The notes beneath the pieces are model-generated. The model did not search any database. It was given only the letters and a program-made list of their open reading frames with translations, and was not told where the DNA came from. Below, in pieces: positions 47,055-54,251 of a stretch of 54,251 nt of DNA. Position numbers and translations under genes: made by a program. The first letter of the stretch is position 1, and every line of letters starts with the position of its first letter. Source of the DNA: Nitrospirota bacterium (GTDB lineage Bacteria > Nitrospirota > Thermodesulfovibrionia > Thermodesulfovibrionales > Dissulfurispiraceae); NCBI GenBank assembly GCA_040754455.1, contig JBFMCP010000019.1:6385-60635 (forward strand). Reading direction: 5' to 3'.

Positions 47055-49586
47055 ATGGTGGAACGGTTGAAGGCGGAAGAGCTTTACCGGTGCTGCGAGC
47101 CGGCTGTTTTTAAATTCAATACAACGGAAGACGTAGGCGAATTCACGGGAACGATCGGACAGGAACGGGCGCTGCGGGCAATGGACTTCGGGCTCAGCCT
47201 GGATAGTAAAGGCTATAACATCTTTGCCCTGGGTGATGTCGGCACCGGCAAGATGAGGACCATCAAGCAGCTGCTCTCGGAAAAAGCGGCAGGCGAGAAA
47301 GTACCGCCCGACTGGTGCTACGTCTATAACTTCAAGGATCCCGACGCCCCTCTGGCCATTTCACTGGAGCCCGGCAAGGGCATCGTGTTCCAGAACGACA
47401 TGAACGAACTTATCAAGACCCTGCAGAGCGAAATACCACGGGCCTTTGAGTCGAAGGAATATGAAAAACAGCGGGGCAAGATCATCGAGGATTTTCAGCA
47501 GAAGCAGAAGGAGCTCTTCTCGAGCCTCGAGGAAGAGGCGCAGGCCAAAGGGTTTGCCATAAGGAAGGCCGTCTCCGGACTCCTGATTGTCCCCATCAAG
47601 AAGAGCGGCGAGCCGCTCACCGAGGAAGAATTTGCCGCCCTGGATGACAGGACGAAAAAGAGAGTGGAAGAGATCGGCAAGATGCTCCAGGAAAAGCTTG
47701 ACGACGTCATGAGGGCGGTGCGGGAAGCGGAAAAGCTGGTGAAAGAGATGCTCACCAGACTCGAACGCGAGATCGCCCTCGGTGCGGTGGGTCATTTTAT
47801 CGAGGATATGAGAGAGAAATACCAGCACCACGAAAAGATCGTGGAGTACCTCAAGGCGGTGCAGGAGGATATCCTTTCCCACCTTGACGATTTCAAGACG
47901 ACTGAAGAGCAGGCGCCGCCTCTGCCGTTCATGCGCATGCCCAAGCAGGAGGTCTCCTTTGCCCGCTACACGATCAATGTGATCGTGAACAACAGCGAAT
48001 GCAAGGGAGCGCCGGTGGTGATCGAGAGCAACCCTACGTACCTGAATCTCTTCGGCAAGTCCGAATACAAGGTCCAGTACGGCATGGCGACCACCGACTT
48101 TACGATGATCAAGGCAGGCTCGCTGCATAAGGCGAACGGCGGCTATATCGTCATCAATTCCCTGGATCTTTTGAAGAACATATTTTCCTATGACGCCCTG
48201 AAGCGGTCGATCAAAAACAGGGAGATAAAGATAGAGGATGTCTGGGAGCAGTATCGGCTGGTGAGCACCACGGCCCTGAAGCCCGAGCCGATACCGCTCG
48301 ACGTGAAGGTCATTCTTCACGGCAACCCTTATATCTACTATCTGCTCTATAACCTCGATGAGGAGTACCGCGAGATATTCAAGGTCAAGGCCGACTTCGA
48401 CAGCAGGATGGAGCGGACGCAGGAGAACATGGAGAAGTACGCCGCCTTTATCGCCTCCTGCCAGAAAAATGAGAAGCTCCTCCCCTTTGACCGGAGCGGC
48501 GTTGCCAAGATCGTCGAGTACGGCTCACGGCTTGCCGACCATCAGCACAAGCTGTCGACCAAGTTCAGCTATCTTGCCGATCTCATACGAGAATCACATT
48601 ACTGGGCGAGCAAGGAGGGCAGTACGGTCGTCAAGGCCGAGCATGTCCTCAAGGCGCTCGACGAGAAAGTGTTCAGGGTCAACATGATCGAAGAGCGCCT
48701 GCGGGAAGCGACCATGGAGGATACGCTCATCGTCAACACCTCGGGGACGAAGGTCGGCCAGGTGAACGGCCTCGCCGTATTATCCACCGGTGATTACAGC
48801 TTCGGCAAGCCTTCGAGGATCACCGCGCGGACCTATATCGGAAAGGCTGGTGTCGTCAATATCGAGCGCGAGACAAAGATGAGCGGCAAGATCCATGAAA
48901 AGGCGATTATGATCATCTCCAGCTATCTCGGCAGCAGGTATGCGACGAGAAAGCCCATCAGCCTCTCTGCCTCGATCACCTTTGAGCAGCTCTATGAAAT
49001 GATCGAGGGTGACAGCGCCACCTGTGCGGAATTCTACGCCCTGCTCAGCAGCATCTCCGGAGTGCCGCTCAAGCAGAGCTTTGCGATAACCGGCTCGATG
49101 GACCAGAACGGAGACGTGCAGCCTATCGGCGGCGTGAACCAGAAGATCGAGGGCTTCTACGACCTTTGCAAGGCGCGGGGGCTTAATGGAGAGCACGGGG
49201 TCATCATTCCGAGAAGAAATGTGAAGCACCTGATGCTCAAGCAGGAAGTGATCGATGCAGTGAGGGACGGAAAATTCCTTATTTACCCTATCGACAGAGT
49301 CGAGGAGGGACTTGAGATACTGACCGGGATGCCGGCAGGCGAGATGAAGGATGACGGCACCTACCCTGAGGGCACGGTGAATTATCTCGTCATGAAGCGG
49401 CTCGAGGAGATCTCGACGGCCCTTGAAAAGAAGAAGGAGCAGGTGCTCGAAAGCACCGTCGCCGCTCTCAAGCCCAAGGGAGATGAGAACGGACCTTCTT
49501 CAGAAGGGACGATCAATTATTTGCTGAAGAGGGTCGACGAGCTTTCGACGGCCTTGGAGAAATACAAAGAGAAAAATGAGAAGTAA
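47055..49586 (+). CDS. Lon-like AAA protease (LonC/YcbZ-type)
   Basis: IGQERA, GDVGTGK, long coiled coil, GQVNGL, catalytic Ser (GDSA) and Lys (GGVNQK). Confidence 0.88.
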   Translation: MVERLKAEELYRCCEPAVFKFNTTEDVGEFTGTIGQERALRAMDFGLSLDSKGYNIFALGDVGTGKMRTIKQLLSEKAAGEKVPPDWCYVYNFKDPDAPLAISLEPGKGIVFQNDMNELIKTLQSEIPRAFESKEYEKQRGKIIEDFQQKQKELFSSLEEEAQAKGFAIRKAVSGLLIVPIKKSGEPLTEEEFAALDDRTKKRVEEIGKMLQEKLDDVMRAVREAEKLVKEMLTRLEREIALGAVGHFIEDMREKYQHHEKIVEYLKAVQEDILSHLDDFKTTEEQAPPLPFMRMPKQEVSFARYTINVIVNNSECKGAPVVIESNPTYLNLFGKSEYKVQYGMATTDFTMIKAGSLHKANGGYIVINSLDLLKNIFSYDALKRSIKNREIKIEDVWEQYRLVSTTALKPEPIPLDVKVILHGNPYIYYLLYNLDEEYREIFKVKADFDSRMERTQENMEKYAAFIASCQKNEKLLPFDRSGVAKIVEYGSRLADHQHKLSTKFSYLADLIRESHYWASKEGSTVVKAEHVLKALDEKVFRVNMIEERLREATMEDTLIVNTSGTKVGQVNGLAVLSTGDYSFGKPSRITARTYIGKAGVVNIERETKMSGKIHEKAIMIISSYLGSRYATRKPISLSASITFEQLYEMIEGDSATCAEFYALLSSISGVPLKQSFAITGSMDQNGDVQPIGGVNQKIEGFYDLCKARGLNGEHGVIIPRRNVKHLMLKQEVIDAVRDGKFLIYPIDRVEEGLEILTGMPAGEMKDDGTYPEGTVNYLVMKRLEEISTALEKKKEQVLESTVAALKPKGDENGPSSEGTINYLLKRVDELSTALEKYKEKNEK

Positions 49587-49624
49587 GAAGTGAAAGGGAG
49601 CGGCGAGCTGTCTCTAGCGCATCG

Positions 49625-50515
49625 ATGAAGAGGTTGAGATGGTTTCTGGAAATCACCGGTTTTGTCGCGGTTTCTCTTCCTGTAGCCCTGCTCCCCTCTG
49701 CCGTAGCAGCCAAGGTCGGGGAAGCCCTCGGCCTTTTGCTTTTTTTTCTCTGGAGCGGCAGGAGAAGAACAGCGCTCAAGAACATTGAAAGAACACTGCA
49801 GGCCGGGGCGCTTGCGGGTACCGTCGATCCAGAGGCATTGGCGAAGGAGAACTTCAAGCAGTTCGGCAGGTCTTTTGCCGAGGTGGTCAAAGTCTATTAC
49901 GGGTTCGGCAGGCGTATTATTGATGCTGTCGAAATACGGGGAATTGAGCACTATCGCGCTGCAAAGCAAAAAGGCAAAGGCGTTATTGTCATTACCGGTC
50001 ACTGCGGCAACTGGGAGGTCATGGCCCTTGCCTTCGGCAGCAAGGTCGCTCCTGCTGCGGTCGTGGCGCGGGCCCAGGACAACCCCTACCTTAACAAAAT
50101 TATCGAGAAGGTAAGGGCCCGGTACGGCAACAGCGTTATCTATAAAAAAGGCGCATTGAAGAACATACTGGCCCAGCTCAGGAGGAACAGTGTGGTGGGC
50201 ATTCTAATGGATCAGGCAGTTGTACGGAGTGAAGGGGTTGTGGTCGATTTTCTCGGCAGGAGCGCATGGACAACCAAGATGCCCGCCCTGCTGGCGCGGA
50301 AGACCGGGGCGCCGGTGGTGCCGATCTTTGTCCACCGTAACAAGAACAGGCATGTGGTGACGATCTATCCCGAGCTCCGTCTGTCCCGGCAGGAGGATGC
50401 CGATCGTGCTCTACATGAAGACACAAAGCGGTTCTCCGGCTGTATCGAGGAGTATATAAAGCAGCACCCTGAAGAATGGCTCTGGATACACCGGCGCTGG
50501 AAGAGGTTTGAATAA
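49625..50515 (+). CDS. Lipid A biosynthesis acyltransferase (LpxL/HtrB family)
   Basis: HCGNWE, LMDQ, FLG, PEEWLWIHRRWK. Confidence 0.9.
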   Translation: MKRLRWFLEITGFVAVSLPVALLPSAVAAKVGEALGLLLFFLWSGRRRTALKNIERTLQAGALAGTVDPEALAKENFKQFGRSFAEVVKVYYGFGRRIIDAVEIRGIEHYRAAKQKGKGVIVITGHCGNWEVMALAFGSKVAPAAVVARAQDNPYLNKIIEKVRARYGNSVIYKKGALKNILAQLRRNSVVGILMDQAVVRSEGVVVDFLGRSAWTTKMPALLARKTGAPVVPIFVHRNKNRHVVTIYPELRLSRQEDADRALHEDTKRFSGCIEEYIKQHPEEWLWIHRRWKRFE

Positions 50516-50520
50516 AAAAT

Positions 50521-50638
50521 AGAATCCAGGAGTCAGGAGCCAGTAGTCAGAATGAAAGACAAGGACAAAAACACCGAATTCAGAGAGTAGAATAGAACTG
50601 AAATAGTTTTTATTCTGGATTCTGACTTCTGATTTTTT
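50521..50638. repeat. Heptamer-repeat imperfect palindrome
   Basis: AGAATCC AGGAGTC AGGAGCC AGTAGTC AGAAT ... ATTCTGG ATTCTGA CTTCTGA. Confidence 0.7.
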
Positions 50639-50644
50639 TGAGCT

Positions 50645-51409
50645 ATGCAACCTAAAGAATTGATAGGCAATCTGCAGGACTACTACCTTCTTTCGCTCCG
50701 AGGGCTTCTGGGGGTTGCACGGAAGCCTTTCTATTTCAGGGACACGGTCGAGCAGATGGATTATGCCGGCGCTGGTTCCTTTCTGATCATTGTCCTTGTA
50801 TCGCTCTTCATAGGGATGGCGCTCTCGCTCCAGCTTTCCGCCGAGCTTTCCATCCTGGGGCTTAAGATGTACACCGGGAGGGCGGTTGGCATCTCCATCA
50901 TCAGGGAGATCGGCCCGGTTACCGCTGCCCTCGTCTTTGCTGGCAGGGTGGGGGCAGGAATGGCGTCGGAACTGGGGTCGATGGTGCTCGGGCACCAGGT
51001 GGACTCCCTCAGGGTCTTCGGTGTTGACCCTATCAAGAAACTGGTCACTCCCCGGATACTGAGCTCGATCATCATGCTGCCTGCGCTGACCATCATCGGC
51101 GATGCCGTCTCGCTCCTCGGCGCGTATTATGTCGCGATATTCATCAGCCACCAGAGCAGCTATTTCTTCCTGAGCTCCATCCGCGATGTACTGCTCTTCG
51201 AGAATGTCTTCTCGGGATCGATCAAGCCCTTCATCTTCGGCTTTCTCATCTCGACGGTCAGCTGCTACATGGGCTTTACCACACGAGGAGGGGCCGTAGG
51301 CCTCAGACAGACGACGACGTCGGCGGTTGTTTTCTCGATCATTCTGATCATCGTTTCTGATTTTGTCCTCACGAGGGCGCTGCTCTACATCTTAGGGTTT
51401 TCGGTATGA
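50645..51409 (+). CDS. mlaE: MlaE-family ABC permease
   Basis: REIGPVTAAL..AGRVG...ASELGSM, DPI..LV.PR. Confidence 0.92.
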   Translation: MQPKELIGNLQDYYLLSLRGLLGVARKPFYFRDTVEQMDYAGAGSFLIIVLVSLFIGMALSLQLSAELSILGLKMYTGRAVGISIIREIGPVTAALVFAGRVGAGMASELGSMVLGHQVDSLRVFGVDPIKKLVTPRILSSIIMLPALTIIGDAVSLLGAYYVAIFISHQSSYFFLSSIRDVLLFENVFSGSIKPFIFGFLISTVSCYMGFTTRGGAVGLRQTTTSAVVFSIILIIVSDFVLTRALLYILGFSV

Positions 51410-52140
51410 TTGTTTTCGATAATGTCTGGTTCTCTTACAGCACGCGGCACATCCTCAGAGGAGTGAGCTTCTCCATCGGGACCAGCGAGCGCGTGGCGAT
51501 CCTCGGGGGAAGCGGAGAAGGCAAGACAACGATCCTCAAACTGATCCTCGGCCTTCTCAAGCCCGATTCGGGAAGGATCTTCGTCGACGGCGAGGATATA
51601 ACGGATAGAACAGAGGGAGAGCTGAGGGACGTGCGGATGAAATTCAGTATCGTCTTTCAAGAAGGGGCGCTCTTCGACTCCCTGAACGTGAAGGAGAACG
51701 TGGCCTTCTGTCTTCGCGAGTATACGACATCTTCGGAAGAGGAGATCGAGCAGCGGGTCAGGGACCTGCTCAGGACCGTCGGGGTGGAGCACGCCATCTC
51801 TCTCATGCCCGACGAACTGAGCGGCGGCATGCACCGTCGTGTCGCTATCGCCCGGTCGCTGGCGGCGTGCGATCCCCGGATGTTCCTGTACGATGAGCCG
51901 ACATCGGGACTCGACCCGGTGAGCGCGGACAATATATGCAGGCTCATTATCGACCTGGCGAAGGGAGGTAAAGGCCTGATCGTCGTCACCCATAAAATAT
52001 ACGATGCCATGAAAGTGGCGGATAGATTTATGTTCATGAAAGAGGGTACTATAGTCTTTGACGGCAACAGGGATGAACTGATGAGCTCGACGATCCCCGA
52101 GATAAAGATATTCATGAGTGAACTGACGCTGAAGGAATAG
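51406..52140 (+). CDS. mlaF: MlaF-family ABC ATPase
   Basis: GGSGEGKT, FQEGALFDSL, LSGGM, YDEPTSGLDP. Confidence 0.92.
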   Translation: MIVFDNVWFSYSTRHILRGVSFSIGTSERVAILGGSGEGKTTILKLILGLLKPDSGRIFVDGEDITDRTEGELRDVRMKFSIVFQEGALFDSLNVKENVAFCLREYTTSSEEEIEQRVRDLLRTVGVEHAISLMPDELSGGMHRRVAIARSLAACDPRMFLYDEPTSGLDPVSADNICRLIIDLAKGGKGLIVVTHKIYDAMKVADRFMFMKEGTIVFDGNRDELMSSTIPEIKIFMSELTLKE

Positions 52141-52143
52141 ATT

Positions 52144-53124
52144 ATGTTTGATATGAAGAAACAGCTCAAATGGGCGAAGCTCAAGGTGGGGGTGGTCATT
52201 ACCCTCGCCATACTGCTTGTCCTTTTTACCGTCTTTTTTGCAGGGAATATCGAGGACCTCTTTGTGCCGAAAGCGGAGATAAAGACGCAGATCAAAGATG
52301 TCAGAGGTCTGCGCAAAGGCGCACCGGTCTGGCTCTCGGGTATCGAGGTGGGTTTTGTTGAGGACATGGAGCTCCATCCAGAATACGGCACCCTGGTCAC
52401 GCTCTCCATAAAAGAGAGCGCCTTGCCCTTTGTCGCGAAGGACACTACTGCTACGGTGCTTACCCAGGGGCTCCTCGGCGACAAGTATATTGAGCTGAGC
52501 AACGGCACTGCCGGGAAAGGCCGACTTCGGCCCGGCGATATCATAAAGGGGAAGACGCAGCTCGAAATAAAGGACCTGGTGGATGCCAGCTCAGAGTCGC
52601 TCGTAAAGGTTACGGAATTCGTCGACAGGATCGGACTTTTTCTGGAGCGGTTCGAAAAGAGCGAGGGGACCTTTGCGCAGCTGCTGACCGACCCGTCGCT
52701 CTACAATAATCTGAAGCAGACTACGGCAAACCTCTCGGCGCTGGTGAAGGATCTCCATGAATCCGAGGGATCGCTGAAACAGTTCATGAAAGACCCTACT
52801 CTCTACAATAAAATGCTCGCCGCCACCTCATCGGTAGAGGAGTTCGGCAATAAGATGAACAATGGCCAAGGGACGTTGCGGAAGCTTGCCGAGGATCCCG
52901 CCCTGTATGAAAATCTCAACAAGGCTTCTCATCAGCTCTCTGCGCTGCTGGCCGAGATCGATTCCGGCAAGGGGACCGCAGGGGCCCTCGTAAAGGACAA
53001 ACAGCTTGCCGCTGAGCTGAGGGAGACCATCGGGGGGCTCAAAGAGACGGTCGGGGAGCTGAAAGAGCTGACGAAGGATATCAAAGCCAATCCGAAGAAG
53101 TACTTCAAGTTCAGTCTGTTTTAA
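52144..53124 (+). CDS. mlaD: MlaD/MCE domain protein
   Basis: N-terminal TM segment, GL..GAPV..SGIEVG.V, GLLGDKYIEL, helical repeats ending NPKKY. Confidence 0.9.
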   Translation: MFDMKKQLKWAKLKVGVVITLAILLVLFTVFFAGNIEDLFVPKAEIKTQIKDVRGLRKGAPVWLSGIEVGFVEDMELHPEYGTLVTLSIKESALPFVAKDTTATVLTQGLLGDKYIELSNGTAGKGRLRPGDIIKGKTQLEIKDLVDASSESLVKVTEFVDRIGLFLERFEKSEGTFAQLLTDPSLYNNLKQTTANLSALVKDLHESEGSLKQFMKDPTLYNKMLAATSSVEEFGNKMNNGQGTLRKLAEDPALYENLNKASHQLSALLAEIDSGKGTAGALVKDKQLAAELRETIGGLKETVGELKELTKDIKANPKKYFKFSLF

Positions 53125-53132
53125 AACATGGA

Positions 53133-53202
53133 GCCGTCAGTAATCAGATTTTAGCTATCAGTTTTTGTCTTAATCCTGATCGCTGATCGCTGGGAGCTGA
53201 AG
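53133..53202. repeat. Heptamer-repeat imperfect palindrome
   Basis: GCCGTCA GTAATCA GATTTTA GCTATCA G ... CTGATCG CTGATCG CTGGGAG CTGA. Confidence 0.7.
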
Positions 53203-53212
53203 TCGAAGGGCG

Positions 53213-53983
53213 TCAAAGATTAAATCTTTCGTTGAAGTGATCCACTACTTTCAGTAAATCAGGCGTCAGGATATCTCTCACTTTTTCTATAATGTGCTGC
53301 GGAATGATCTTGTAGTACGCCTGCGCAATGCCGCCGGTGATGCAGGCGATGGTATCGCTGTCGCCGCCGATCGATATCGCCTTGCGCACCGCATCTTCGT
53401 AGTGCTCCGATTCCAGAAAGGCCCGTATCGCCTGGGGCACCGAGCCCGGGCAGGTGACGTCGAAGCGGTAGGCGGGCCGGATTTCATCCAGGGACCGGTC
53501 CAGGTCATAGCCGAAATTATTTTCAATGTATTCCTTTATATGTGTTTTGTCTTTACCGGTCTTCGCGAGGAATACCGCAGCAGCGACTGCCTGAGCGCCT
53601 TTGATTCCTTCCGGGTGGTTGTGCGTCACTGCCGCACTCCGTTCCGCCTCTCTGAGCACATCTTCCGATGAATCAAAGGCAAAGCCTACGGGACTGACGC
53701 GCATTGCCGAGCCGTTGCCGAAGCTGTTGTAGGGCTGATTATCATCAGATAATATCCAGCCGTGAAACATGACGCCGTAACCGGCGTCAGGATATCTTCT
53801 TCCATACTCTTTGAGGGTAGCGGCATAACCCTTTCCGTTCAGAATGCAGTCTGCAATTGCCACGGTTAATACCGTGTCGTCGGTAAACTGGGATTGTGGA
53901 CCGAAGAGAGGAAAATCGGTTGTTTTCACATTATGCCATTCGTACACGGAACCGATAATGTCGCCTGCGATCGCGCCGATCAT
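53213..53983 (-). CDS. ADP-ribosylglycohydrolase family protein
   Basis: GAIAGDIIGS..E, TDDT, GNGSAMR, TH, GGDSDT. Confidence 0.92.
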   Translation of the reverse strand: MIGAIAGDIIGSVYEWHNVKTTDFPLFGPQSQFTDDTVLTVAIADCILNGKGYAATLKEYGRRYPDAGYGVMFHGWILSDDNQPYNSFGNGSAMRVSPVGFAFDSSEDVLREAERSAAVTHNHPEGIKGAQAVAAAVFLAKTGKDKTHIKEYIENNFGYDLDRSLDEIRPAYRFDVTCPGSVPQAIRAFLESEHYEDAVRKAISIGGDSDTIACITGGIAQAYYKIIPQHIIEKVRDILTPDLLKVVDHFNERFNL

Positions 53984-54223
53984 GGTTGACAAATCCCATC
54001 AGTTGAGTTTCTATCGCAGAAAATCATTTGTCTGATTATAGCCTATAACGAGGTTCAGGTAATCCTTGACAGAATCCAGTGTTCCTGTTAAGGTATCCGG
54101 GTCAGCTTCCAGGGGGGAAATACGGAGGTACAATCAAAAAGTGTGTAAATAGACAAAAGGCGGTGTATCCTAAATCTTTAAATGTTGAGCTCGAAATCAA
54201 CAAAAGAAAAGGAGACACCACCC

Positions 54224-54251
54224 ATGCGAAAGGGTATCACTGAGGCAGCAA
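54224..54251 (+). CDS. 5' fragment of a CDS running out of the window
   Basis: AAGGAG SD, then ATG (MRKGITEAA...); too short to identify. Confidence 0.45.

Noticed and set aside
53213..53983. DraG of a nitrogenase switch-off system, or a toxin-antitoxin/defence module
   Set aside because: No draT, nif or ADP-ribosyltransferase gene is adjacent within the window; generic ARH family only.

Overview
A 54-kb bacterial chromosomal segment of about 55% GC by eye. It is mostly housekeeping genes, with accessory stretches at about 1-21 kb. The gene complement (short EF-Ts, split three-gene glutamate synthase, futalosine-pathway MqnD, DHH-CBS tRNA nucleotidyltransferase, LpxL/Mla, RRM-S21-DEAD cluster) fits a Gram-negative anaerobe such as Nitrospirota (Thermodesulfovibrionia-like) or Desulfobacterota; this is inference only. 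About 55 CDSs and two tRNAs (Arg-CCT, Pro-CGG) are supported. No CRISPR array, prophage or transposase is visible. Main points of interest: (1) an SOS mutagenesis cassette lexA / small ImuB-C-like (DUF6504-like) gene / active Y-family polymerase with clamp and RecA-N-terminal-like motifs, behind a candidate LexA operator GTATAC-N4-GTATAC; (2) an uncharacterised secreted protein with four pseudo-repeated His/Asp helices, paired with an outer-membrane barrel; (3) an ANTAR-like terminator/antiterminator leader on the glutamate synthase operon; (4) about ten genes with apparently leaderless promoters; (5) dispersed 7-nt-period imperfect palindromes, also found inside the rpsB leader and a coding 5' end; (6) sigma54 promoters in front of two secreted low-complexity proteins, one missing from the ORF track.
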